Below are positions 29,108 to 37,929 of a DNA stretch of 64,000 bases, in pieces (within the stretch, counting starts at the first letter, position 1; each line of letters starts with the position of its first letter). Position numbers and translations under genes: made by a program. The notes below the pieces were generated by a model. That model saw nothing but the letters and a program-made list of their open reading frames with translations, was not told where the DNA came from and did no database searches. Source of the stretch: an uncultured Fibrobacteria bacterium (GTDB lineage: Bacteria; Fibrobacterota; Fibrobacteria; UBA11236). The stretch is taken from assembly GCA_963716395.1 (NCBI GenBank), contig OY970309.1:1440001-1504000 (forward strand), given 5' to 3'.

Positions 29108-29136
29108 AAAGTGGATTATCACGGATTATTTGTCAA
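29108..29136 (-). promoter_or_regulatory. candidate sigma-70 promoter of the bS22-like gene
   Basis: Perfect TTGACA (29136-29131), 17-nt spacer, CACTTT (29113-29108). Confidence 0.6.
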
Positions 29137-29265
29137 ATTTCTGGCGGGTATGGACCACCGATTCGGCCGGCTTTCGACCCGGCCCCGCCGCGAATTCCCG
29201 TCCTGACCCGGGAGAGGTTCCGGGCTTCGTAACGCCTCACGGCAAAAGGTCGGCAAAGCCCGACC

Positions 29266-30657
29266 TCAGAACGTGGTGGTTGCGAGGCGTTGCAACAAGG
29301 CGTGGGCGAAACCTTCCAAATCGGGATCACGCGCGCCCATGCTGAGCACTACGTCGCCGGGCCGGGCAGCTTTCGCCACGGCTTCCAGGACTGCGCTTTT
29401 TGCCGAGAGGTAAACGCCGATGCGTTTGCGGGCATTGAGGTGGGCCACCAGGTCGGCCGAACCGAGGCTTTGCTCGGCCGTACCGCCGGCGTAATAGATA
29501 TCCGGTACGAAAAGGAGATCATCAGCGCCCAGCACTTCGGCGGCGGCGTCCATGATGTCGAAACCCATCAATTTCATGGGAGCGAACCCATGCGGATGGA
29601 AGATGGCCAACACCCGCCGGTTCAGCCCGATAGCCAGATCCTTGGCGGTTGCAAGCGCGGCTTTCACCTTGGCCGGATTATGCGCGAAGTCGTCGATGAC
29701 CGTGATGCCGTGGGCTTCTCCGACTTTGATCCAGCGGCGTTCCACACCCGCGAAGGCGTCGAGCCCCCGGGCGCAAGCGGCGAGCGGAATCCCGAGCAGC
29801 CGGGCGGCGGCCACGGCCGCCAAGGCATTGATCACATTGTGGCGGCCGGGAAGATGGACAACGAATGGCACCTGATCTAAGGTGAAATGCGAAGACCAGG
29901 GCGAGAACGTGGCCGAATTCAAACGCGCGTCGGCGGCTGTCGACTGGGTGAACACCGCGTCTTCGGGCCGCCGCAGGGCCGCGCAGCGGGCATCATCGCC
30001 ATTGAGCACCGCGCGCCGGCTTTGCGCCACAAAGGTTTGGAACAAAGGCAAAAGCGCGGCGATTTCTTTGTGATCCTTTTCGATGTTCAGAACCAATCCG
30101 ACTTCAGGGTGATAGCGCGTCACACTGCCGTCGGATTCATCGGCCTCGATGACCAGCCAGGCTCCGGCGCCGGCCGCAGCATTGCCGAGCCGGCCTTGGG
30201 AGCGCAGCGACAGCAGATTTGCTCCCGTGATGAGGCCCGGTTCCCAACCGGCCGCGACGAGAATGTGATACAGCATGCCCGTGACCGTGGATTTTCCCGA
30301 AGTGCCGGCCACGGCCAAAGTTTTTTTTTCGGCCGCCAGCGCGGCCAAGAGGTCGGAGCGGTGCAGAATGGGCAAAGACAGCGCTTGGGCGCGGCGAATT
30401 TCGGGATGATCCGGCTCGATGGCCGTGGAAAGTATGAGGGCGGTGTGATCCGCCGTAAGCTCCAAGCCGTCCTGCGCGTACAGGCGAATGCCGAGGCCTT
30501 CGAAATAGGCGCGCTTGCCGGCTTCGGCGCCGCGATCGAAGCTGCGATCCGATCCCGCCACGGCACGTCCCGAAAAGCGCAGGTATTGGGCCACGGCGCT
30601 CATGCCTCCGCCGGCGATACCGGAGAAGTAGCAGTGGTCGAACAGCGAAGGAAGCAC
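29266..30657 (-). CDS. Mur ligase family protein, MurC/Mpl-like
   Basis: FSGIAGGGMSA, AGTSGKST, IEADESDG, NIEKDH, GRHN, DDFAHNP; GTG start overlaps the HEAT gene stop. Confidence 0.85.
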   Translation of the reverse strand: MLPSLFDHCYFSGIAGGGMSAVAQYLRFSGRAVAGSDRSFDRGAEAGKRAYFEGLGIRLYAQDGLELTADHTALILSTAIEPDHPEIRRAQALSLPILHRSDLLAALAAEKKTLAVAGTSGKSTVTGMLYHILVAAGWEPGLITGANLLSLRSQGRLGNAAAGAGAWLVIEADESDGSVTRYHPEVGLVLNIEKDHKEIAALLPLFQTFVAQSRRAVLNGDDARCAALRRPEDAVFTQSTAADARLNSATFSPWSSHFTLDQVPFVVHLPGRHNVINALAAVAAARLLGIPLAACARGLDAFAGVERRWIKVGEAHGITVIDDFAHNPAKVKAALATAKDLAIGLNRRVLAIFHPHGFAPMKLMGFDIMDAAAEVLGADDLLFVPDIYYAGGTAEQSLGSADLVAHLNARKRIGVYLSAKSAVLEAVAKAARPGDVVLSMGARDPDLEGFAHALLQRLATTTF

Positions 30658-31586
30658 TAACCGGTTCCTGGATTCTCGAGCATGTCGTCGATTTCGCTCA
30701 AGACCAGGTGATCGTCCCAAAGATTTTCGCCGCGATCGAGCATGCTGCGCTGCTTGACCACGCTGCGCGCATGCGCCAGGGCTTCGGCGATGTCGTTGGA
30801 ACCTTTGTTTTCCGAGGCGATGCGGTTCAGCGCCGCGGGCAGGCCGCTCAAATCGCCCACCGATCCCAGCGCTACTACGGCTTCGTAGCGCACTTCCAGG
30901 TTGGGATGCCGCGTCAATTCGGCCAACCGGTTTTCGGCCGCGTGCAATTGCAGAATGTGCGAGGCGTGCGCGGCCTCGATGAGCACATTCTCGTTTTCGC
31001 TCCACAATTCTTCGAGCACGATGCGTTCAAATACGGGATCGCGCACCAAGCCCATGGCGTACAGCGCGCTCACTTTGACCCAATGGTTCGGAGCCTCGCG
31101 GTAATAACGCAGCACCAGCTCGCGTACGTCCGGCTTCCAGCCCAGATATCCCAACGATTCCAGCACGCGGCGGCGCACTTCCATGCTTTCCATGAGCGCG
31201 TCGATGCGGCCGAAGAGAAACTCTTTGACCGTTTGATAGAATTCCGGATTGACCGCCGGTGAGGGTGCCTGCACGTTGTCGGGCAAATCATCTTCGTATT
31301 CGAGTCCGTCATGGATTACGTTGCCCAGGCAATTGCTGGCCACGCTGCGCACGTCTTCTTCGGAATGTTCGGCGGCGAGACGCAGCACTTTTTCGAACAA
31401 TTCCTGATGTGCGGCAAAGGCGCCGGCTGCCTGCAAGGCGGCGATTACGATGTCGGCGTCGGGTGTGTGCAGATATTCCAAAAGCTGCCGGGGAGCGTCG
31501 AGGCCGTCGACATCACGATTGGCGATGGCCTCGATGCGCTTCAGGATTTCCGCTTTTTCTTCCTTGCTGGAAGCCGCATTTTCCAT
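30657..31586 (-). CDS. HEAT-repeat domain protein
   Basis: Repeated helical units (EDVRSVASNCLG, EVRRRVLESLG, WVKVSALYAMG, EVRYEAVVALG). Confidence 0.8.
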   Translation of the reverse strand: MENAASSKEEKAEILKRIEAIANRDVDGLDAPRQLLEYLHTPDADIVIAALQAAGAFAAHQELFEKVLRLAAEHSEEDVRSVASNCLGNVIHDGLEYEDDLPDNVQAPSPAVNPEFYQTVKEFLFGRIDALMESMEVRRRVLESLGYLGWKPDVRELVLRYYREAPNHWVKVSALYAMGLVRDPVFERIVLEELWSENENVLIEAAHASHILQLHAAENRLAELTRHPNLEVRYEAVVALGSVGDLSGLPAALNRIASENKGSNDIAEALAHARSVVKQRSMLDRGENLWDDHLVLSEIDDMLENPGTG

Positions 31587-31722
31587 TTCTGGAAATTAAG
31601 AATATCCCGAGGCGGTGACATCTTCTCTCCAGCGACCGCCCGGAACGCCGAACCGCGGAATAGCCGCGGAATCGGCGAGGCCGAAAGAGGTTCTACCTTT
31701 TTTCCCCTGCGCGGGAGGTCCA

Positions 31723-32157
31723 ATGAAAACCTGTTTGGTGTGCCAAAGCGATGCGGATCGGGTGGAACTTCAGCGCCTTCCGGTGCAACGGGAAGGATCG
31801 CCGTTCGGTGATTTTTTGATTTGCAAAGGCTGCTTCGAATTGTTGGGGGCCGACGAAGTGAAGCGTCTGATCGCCGAAGCGGTGCGCGAGCGCAGCTATG
31901 ACGCTTCGCAATTCATCGCCGCGGAAGGCGAGGCTGCCCCGGAGGACGAAACGCCCTTGCCGCGCGAGTTAGAATTCACGGTGGCGCAGGCTGTGTTGCG
32001 CGACGCCGCGGCCTTTGCCGGCACCTTGGGAGAACATCTGGCGCCGCTGCTATTGGCGCGCTATCGCCGCGGGCTCAGCCGTGTAAATCTGCTCACCGCC
32101 TGCGCGGCCGATGCCGACGGCAATTTTCACTTGCAGGTCGTGGCCGAAGACGTTTGA
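31723..32157 (+). CDS. hypothetical protein with N-terminal CxxC...CxxC zinc-binding motif
   Basis: SD GGGAGG before ATG 31723; CLVC and CKGC motifs; 144 aa. Confidence 0.65.
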   Translation: MKTCLVCQSDADRVELQRLPVQREGSPFGDFLICKGCFELLGADEVKRLIAEAVRERSYDASQFIAAEGEAAPEDETPLPRELEFTVAQAVLRDAAAFAGTLGEHLAPLLLARYRRGLSRVNLLTACAADADGNFHLQVVAEDV

Positions 32158-32236
32158 CCGCGAAAATCCCAACCATCGAAAAATTTTGAGGCGGGTGCGG
32201 CTGGCCCCGGCCTGGCGCCGGCCCTAAAATGAAGGC

Positions 32237-32455
32237 ATGGAATCAGGGCTTTCCGCCGCCGTCGGTGGAATCGAAAGTGCTTTCACCACCAACGCCCAAC
32301 GTGCGCAGCGCATTGCCGCTGCGTCTCCGGGTGACAATGGCTTTGTGCGCGACATGGCCGAGTTGCCCACCGATGCCGACGCGGTGAAAGCCGATGCGTC
32401 CGTGATCAAAACCCAGAACCAAATGCTGGGGACCTTGTTCGATCTCACCGGCTGA
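32237..32455 (+). CDS. small flagellar basal-body rod/hook terminal-domain-like protein
   Basis: 72 aa; N-terminus (GLSAAVGGI...AQRIA) and C-terminus (KADASVIKTQNQMLGTLFDL) resemble the Flg_bb_rod and Flg_bbr_C helices. Confidence 0.6.
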   Translation: MESGLSAAVGGIESAFTTNAQRAQRIAAASPGDNGFVRDMAELPTDADAVKADASVIKTQNQMLGTLFDLTG

Positions 32456-32499
32456 CCGCTCCCGCGAGGGCGCTCAAACCCGCTTGCTACATTCCGAAA

Positions 32500-33501
32500 A
32501 TGGAGAGCTTGCGCTTCGCCGACTTGTCTCCGGTTTTGCTTGAGTTCCTGGCTCGCTACGGCTTTGGTCCGGAAACCCCGATCACCTTGGCTGGCTCGGC
32601 CGGTTCGCGGCGCGCTTATTTTCGACTGCGCGCAGGCCTCAACAGCTTTGTGATTTTGGTATCACCTAACGATGACTACGATTTCGGCCGTTTTTTGCGT
32701 ATCACGCAATTCTATCGCATGGCGCATTTTCCTGTGCCGCAGGTGTATTGCATCGATGACGCGGCCCACCAGGTGGTGCTCGAAGACCTGGGCGATCGCC
32801 GGCTGTATGATCAACTGCGGTCCCATCGGACGCAGGCCCTGGAAAGCTACCGCCAAGCGCTCGACCTGCTGGTCGATTTGCAGACGCGCTGCCAGGCTTT
32901 GCATCTCGAATGCCCGGATATCCGCTCGCGCATTTTCGATCGCGGTCACTTGCTGTGGGAGACGGCGTATTACCGCGCCCAATACCTCGAAGGCCTGTGC
33001 GGCCGTAAGTTTGATTTCGCGACCGGCGCGGCGTTGCAATCGGTATTCGACACCTTGGCGACGCTCGTCGATCAGCACCCCAAAGCCATCATGCACCGCG
33101 ATTTCCAGTCACAAAACCTGATGGTGACGCCCGACGGGGCTTTGCATGTCATCGATTATCAGGGCAGTCGCCTGGGTTCGATTTACTACGATCTGGCCTC
33201 GCTGCTGCTCGACCCCTATGTCATGCTGGCTGACGGCGAAATCGAAGAATTGCTCCGCTACTTTCACGCCAAATCGCTCAATCTGCTGGAATTTTCCGAA
33301 TTCCGGCGGGAATTTTTGCATGCGGGTTTGCAGCGCATCATGCAGGCGTTGGGGGCGTTTTGTTTTCTGTCGCACGAAAAAGGTCTGGCGGCCTTCGCCG
33401 CTCATATCGCTCCGGGTGAAGCGAGGCTGCGCTGGGTGCTGCGGGAGTCGGGGCGGGAGGATTGGATGAGAGTGGTGCTACCGAAGGATTCCAGCCCATA
33501 A
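32500..33501 (+). CDS. aminoglycoside-phosphotransferase-family kinase, AmgK-like anomeric MurNAc/GlcNAc kinase
   Basis: AGSAGSRRAYFR, EDLGD, HRDFQSQNLM, IDYQG..LG...YDLASLL.DPY, QRIMQALGAF. Confidence 0.8.
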   Translation: MESLRFADLSPVLLEFLARYGFGPETPITLAGSAGSRRAYFRLRAGLNSFVILVSPNDDYDFGRFLRITQFYRMAHFPVPQVYCIDDAAHQVVLEDLGDRRLYDQLRSHRTQALESYRQALDLLVDLQTRCQALHLECPDIRSRIFDRGHLLWETAYYRAQYLEGLCGRKFDFATGAALQSVFDTLATLVDQHPKAIMHRDFQSQNLMVTPDGALHVIDYQGSRLGSIYYDLASLLLDPYVMLADGEIEELLRYFHAKSLNLLEFSEFRREFLHAGLQRIMQALGAFCFLSHEKGLAAFAAHIAPGEARLRWVLRESGREDWMRVVLPKDSSP

Positions 33502-33614
33502 TTTTTTTCGTGAATTGTCGGGAATTTTTGCGACCCGAAAATAAAAACAGAGGTAAGCCTTACTTCAACAACCTTGAATGAAAGTATTTTGATTCAACTT
33601 ATTTCGAATTTTCG

Positions 33615-34355
33615 ATGAGTATGATGCGTCAAGTCAAGATCCGCGTTACCAAGGGGCTCTCCAAAGTAATGCCCGACAAATTGGTATACCGAACCTTGAT
33701 TTGGCTCTCCTCCATTCCGAAGCAGCGGATATTTCAGGAAGCTTTCAACATCGCGGATCCGAAGAAGACGGCAGTGGATATTGGGGCGAATCGGGGAGTC
33801 GTTTCGTACTTCATGTCGCGGCGATTTCAAAATGTCCACTGCTTTGAACCGAACGCCGACTTGGATTTTTTTTTGGAAAGAGTTTTGCCCTCGAATTGCA
33901 TCTTACACACGTACGCTTTGTCCGACGCGCCTGGTGAAAGCGAATTGTCCGTTGTCCTCTACCGGGGAATCCCCATTCATGGACAAGGTCGAATTTTGGA
34001 AACTTCGAAAACTTCTTGGGAATATGCAGTACAAAAAATAAAATTGGAAACATTGGATAGTCACGGATTGAAGAACATTGGAATCATTAAGATCGACGTC
34101 GAAGGTCACGAGGAAAAAGTCATTCAAGGAGGCATTCAGACTCTGCGGGAGAATAAACCCGTACTGATCATTGAAATTGAAAAACGGCATACCGGTAAAT
34201 CGGCAAAAGCAACGGTTGATTGGATTGAATCGCTGGGTTACAACGGCTTTTTTTTTGAAGGGGCGACGAGGAGAGGCGTTAGCGAATACTTGGATAAAAT
34301 GCAAGAGCCGGGGTACCCGTTTTATATCAACGACTTTTTGTTTCTTCCCAAGTGA
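33615..34355 (+). CDS. FkbM family SAM-dependent methyltransferase
   Basis: VDIGANRG, FEPN, ALSD, IKIDVEGHEEKVIQG, PVLIIE; lower GC. Confidence 0.92.
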   Translation: MSMMRQVKIRVTKGLSKVMPDKLVYRTLIWLSSIPKQRIFQEAFNIADPKKTAVDIGANRGVVSYFMSRRFQNVHCFEPNADLDFFLERVLPSNCILHTYALSDAPGESELSVVLYRGIPIHGQGRILETSKTSWEYAVQKIKLETLDSHGLKNIGIIKIDVEGHEEKVIQGGIQTLRENKPVLIIEIEKRHTGKSAKATVDWIESLGYNGFFFEGATRRGVSEYLDKMQEPGYPFYINDFLFLPK

Positions 34356-35407
34356 AAATCGCCGTCCTTTCCAGCTTTCCCCCGAAAAAATGCGGGATTG
34401 CTTATCTCACCGAAAATCTTTTTGATGAGCTACGGGCCCAGGGGCATGACCTGATCACCTTTGGCGTCGATGAATCGGCTTGCGACCACCCCATCGATAC
34501 AAAATCGATGTTTGGGTTATTCAAAACTGTCTCCCAAATCCGCAAGCAAAACATCGAATATGTTTCCGTGCAATTCATCATCGGCTTTTTTCGGAAGCGT
34601 TATTTCGGCCTCAATTTACTGCTCTTTTTAATTGCGCTCCGCAAGCACCGCGTGATTGTGACTCTGCACGAAATTCATTACCTGCGGTCTTTCCGGCACT
34701 TGGTTCAGGATCCTTCCACGGTTTTTCACATTGTTCTGGAAGGCTTGATCTCGCGATTGAGTTCCGGAGTGATTGTCCACACCGAATACCAGGCTGCTTG
34801 TTTAAGAAAATACGGGGTTCGAAACGTCCGCTGTATTTATTTGGGAATTCGTCTTTATCCCATTTTACGGGAGCGTAAAACCTTCAACCACGCCTTATTT
34901 TTTGGAAAACTGAGCCCTGCGAAAGGGATTCACTTGTTGCCCGGGATCGCCAAAGTCTGCCCGGAAATTCATTTCACAGTCGCTTGTTCCAGCCAGCCGC
35001 AATATAAAGAATATCAGGTGCAAATGATTCAAGGTTTCGCGGAAATCAAGAACGCTGAATTTATTTGCAAAGAATGGATTGGAGACGAGGAAAAGGAGTC
35101 GTACTTTGCGGCGGCAGATGTGCTGGTATTACCGTATCTCGATGGGTATTACCAAAGTGGCGCGGCTTCGGAATCGGGGGTGTATAACATTCCCGTTATC
35201 GTACCCCGCCTCGGTCCCCTGACGGAAATCGTGGACAAATACCATTCCGGAGAATGCGTGCCTTTTCCGAGTCCGCATGAAATTAAATCGGCTATTTATC
35301 GGATCTTTCAAAATTATCCGAGTTATTTGGCGGGGATTGAACGGTATCGGAATGAGGCGAACTGGACAATTGCGGCCAGGAAATACTGTGAGTTTTTAAT
35401 AGGTTGA
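34352..35407 (+). CDS. glycosyltransferase (GT-B, family 4-like)
   Basis: SSFPPKKCGIA, VTLHE, FFGKLSPAKG, ADVLVLPY...QSG; GTGA overlap with FkbM. Confidence 0.85.
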   Translation: MKIAVLSSFPPKKCGIAYLTENLFDELRAQGHDLITFGVDESACDHPIDTKSMFGLFKTVSQIRKQNIEYVSVQFIIGFFRKRYFGLNLLLFLIALRKHRVIVTLHEIHYLRSFRHLVQDPSTVFHIVLEGLISRLSSGVIVHTEYQAACLRKYGVRNVRCIYLGIRLYPILRERKTFNHALFFGKLSPAKGIHLLPGIAKVCPEIHFTVACSSQPQYKEYQVQMIQGFAEIKNAEFICKEWIGDEEKESYFAAADVLVLPYLDGYYQSGAASESGVYNIPVIVPRLGPLTEIVDKYHSGECVPFPSPHEIKSAIYRIFQNYPSYLAGIERYRNEANWTIAARKYCEFLIG

Positions 35408-35522
35408 GCCTCGTTTAGCCGGGCGGGCGGCAATATCATGTGGTCCTGGAATGATGCGCAGCTACCAACACTTCAAGGCGGGTGGTGCTTCTTCCAAATA
35501 AGATAGTTTTTTGTTCGGGTCT

Positions 35523-36455
35523 TTATCCATTTGGAATTTTGGAGGTCGCGGCATTTCTCCATAATATCCACCCACCCCCAATCATGCCGTTGATGACCTG
35601 AAGAGAATAGCTCACCGCACTTACTGCAATGATTTTAGGGGCCGTATACCCCATCGTGGTGTGAAGCAAAAATAAATTCAGGTATTCTACCACACCGATG
35701 CCGTTGATGCTGATGGGCAATAGGATCAGGGTGTTAATGATCGCCATTTGAAAGCAAAGGAAAAGAAGGGGGATTTTAATTTGTACGCCCCAGAAAATGC
35801 AATAGGACGCTCCAATCATAAGAATTTGAATTCCTACAGTGAGCAGAAAAACCTTTCCAACTAGACCAGGGGTGCGTATCGCAGTCTTCATCGATTTGAG
35901 CATTTTAACGAATGTTGCGCGAAAGGTGGGGACAAGAAAAATGGCGGCCGCCCCGCAAGCCATGGCAAGACCAAGAAATATCAGTTTGCTCCAGGAAAGT
36001 TGCGCTTTCTGCCACACTTCCAAAACGGGACCCCTGAAATAGATGAATCCGACGATACCCACAATCCATTGAATTCCGAGACCGAGGAATTGGGAGAAGA
36101 AAACCAAGCTGGATTCATGGAACGGTTTATCGTATTTCTTTCCAAATAATATCACTTTCAACATTTCGGAACTTAAACTGCCGGGAAGAATAAGGCGGTA
36201 AAAAACCCCGACGAAAATGAAGTGAAGGTATTTGGAGATCGGCAATCCGGGAATGTGGAGCAGGCATTTCCAGCGCCAAGCTTGCAAATACAGGATTCCG
36301 AACATCAGTAAATAGCCCATACCGATCCAACCGAAATGGGCGTTTCGCAGCGACTCCCATACATCTTTCCAAGAAATGGCGAAAATTAAATAACCCACAA
36401 ATCCCGTGCTGATGCACAGCTTAAACCAGAATTTAAAGCGGGGACTCATTTTCAT
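35523..36455 (-). CDS. UPF0104 / lysylphosphatidylglycerol synthase TM (flippase-like) domain protein
   Basis: About 8 TM helices; AWRWKCLL, FYRLILPG, LPISINGIGVVE. Confidence 0.85.
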   Translation of the reverse strand: MKMSPRFKFWFKLCISTGFVGYLIFAISWKDVWESLRNAHFGWIGMGYLLMFGILYLQAWRWKCLLHIPGLPISKYLHFIFVGVFYRLILPGSLSSEMLKVILFGKKYDKPFHESSLVFFSQFLGLGIQWIVGIVGFIYFRGPVLEVWQKAQLSWSKLIFLGLAMACGAAAIFLVPTFRATFVKMLKSMKTAIRTPGLVGKVFLLTVGIQILMIGASYCIFWGVQIKIPLLFLCFQMAIINTLILLPISINGIGVVEYLNLFLLHTTMGYTAPKIIAVSAVSYSLQVINGMIGGGWILWRNAATSKIPNG

Positions 36456-36489
36456 GCGGAGCCCCCTCCTAAAGGGGTTCCGCGTGGAA

Positions 36490-37788
36490 TCATTTCGAAA
36501 TAATTTCCAACGAGGGCAAAGGAAAAATCAATTTGCCGCCCTTGTTCAAGAATTGTTTCACCTGCGGCAGGTTTAAGAAAAAAGGCTTGAAGTGATAAGG
36601 CCCGACCACTAAGTAATCAGGATTGGATGCAAATACTTCTTTTTCCGAAACGATGGGAATCTTGCTTCCCGGTGTAGTGCGTCCGAATTTATCCTCGTTC
36701 ACCTCTCCGATTTTCGGAAGGAGATCGGGAGTGATACCGCAATACTGCAGTACCGCGTTGAATTTTGTGGATGCACCCAAGCCAAACACCACCTGCCCTC
36801 TGTCCCGGATATCTTGAAGTAGTTTCCGGAATTCCTGTTTATGCAATTTTGCACTGCTTTCAAATGTCCGGTAGATGGCCAACTCTTCCAAACCGAGAAT
36901 TTGCTCCTGTTTTTCCAAGAGGCAAACGGAAGGATGGGTGGGCTTGTTTTTAGAATGCTCGGCAACAATGCGAAAGCTTCCACCGTTGCAATCGTTCAAC
37001 TCCACCTCGCGAATGGAAAGGCCGGCCTCTCGCAGGATTCGACTGATTTGGGCAAGCGAATAGTACTCCAAATGTTCCTGCACGGCCGTGTCATACATGT
37101 TTTTCGCCAACATGAGCAGAGAATAACTTTGCTCGAAAACCCAGATTCCGTCGGGGTGAAGAATTCGTTTGATGTCCTTGGCGAATGCGACGGGATCTTC
37201 CAAATCATAAAAGCACGCGATGGAGCTCACGATTTTGATTTTGCGATTGGTGTCGCGAAAGTATTCGAGAAAGATTTCGGAGTTGAAAAATTCGGGGATG
37301 GCAACAATCCCCTCGTTGTAATACTGCTTGAATTTGGGAATGGTGGGATCCATGCCCACAAAGGTGATTTCGCGCGGAACCAAGGATTTCTCAGAAGCAT
37401 CGGGAGCTTCGGACTGAATGTTTTGATAGGACCTTAACAGCGTTCCGTCGTTACTGCCGATATCCAAGACCATATCTCCGGAGGCCAGACAGACCAATGA
37501 ACTCGCATAACGTGCCAAGGCTTGAAGGTGATCGGTCATGGAGCGATTTAGCCCGGAACGATAGCCATAATTTTCTCCATACATTTTGTCCAGGGACACG
37601 CTATGCTTGATTTGCACAAGCCCGCATGCCCCTTCTCCATAACATTTCACCAAAATTACCGGAGTGGCCTCCACCTCTTCCCCAACCTTTGGAAAAACAC
37701 CCGTGAGCGCCTGCATTCCCAAATCCAAAATGGGTTCTAAGCGCGTATTGCCGCAAATCCTGCAGCGATGGATCTCACGGTAGGACAT
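36490..37788 (-). CDS. NDP-hexose C-methyltransferase (TylC3/TcaB9-like; Zn-binding N-terminus plus class I SAM domain)
   Basis: CRICG...C..C, YGYRSG, DIGSNDGT, EHLEYYS, NGGSFR, GASTK, KFGRTTPGSKIPI, GGKLIFPLP. Confidence 0.88.
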   Translation of the reverse strand: MSYREIHRCRICGNTRLEPILDLGMQALTGVFPKVGEEVEATPVILVKCYGEGACGLVQIKHSVSLDKMYGENYGYRSGLNRSMTDHLQALARYASSLVCLASGDMVLDIGSNDGTLLRSYQNIQSEAPDASEKSLVPREITFVGMDPTIPKFKQYYNEGIVAIPEFFNSEIFLEYFRDTNRKIKIVSSIACFYDLEDPVAFAKDIKRILHPDGIWVFEQSYSLLMLAKNMYDTAVQEHLEYYSLAQISRILREAGLSIREVELNDCNGGSFRIVAEHSKNKPTHPSVCLLEKQEQILGLEELAIYRTFESSAKLHKQEFRKLLQDIRDRGQVVFGLGASTKFNAVLQYCGITPDLLPKIGEVNEDKFGRTTPGSKIPIVSEKEVFASNPDYLVVGPYHFKPFFLNLPQVKQFLNKGGKLIFPLPSLEIISK

Positions 37789-37929
37789 TTCTACTCCCGT
37801 TTTTCGGTTGAATTACCCATCAAATTAACCGCTGAAAGGCAAGAAAGAAAACTTGATTTAGAACCGAATCCGAGGTAATTCATCCACCACAGTTCCAGTC
37901 TGTTTCTGTTTGGGGCAAAGCCAAGGACT

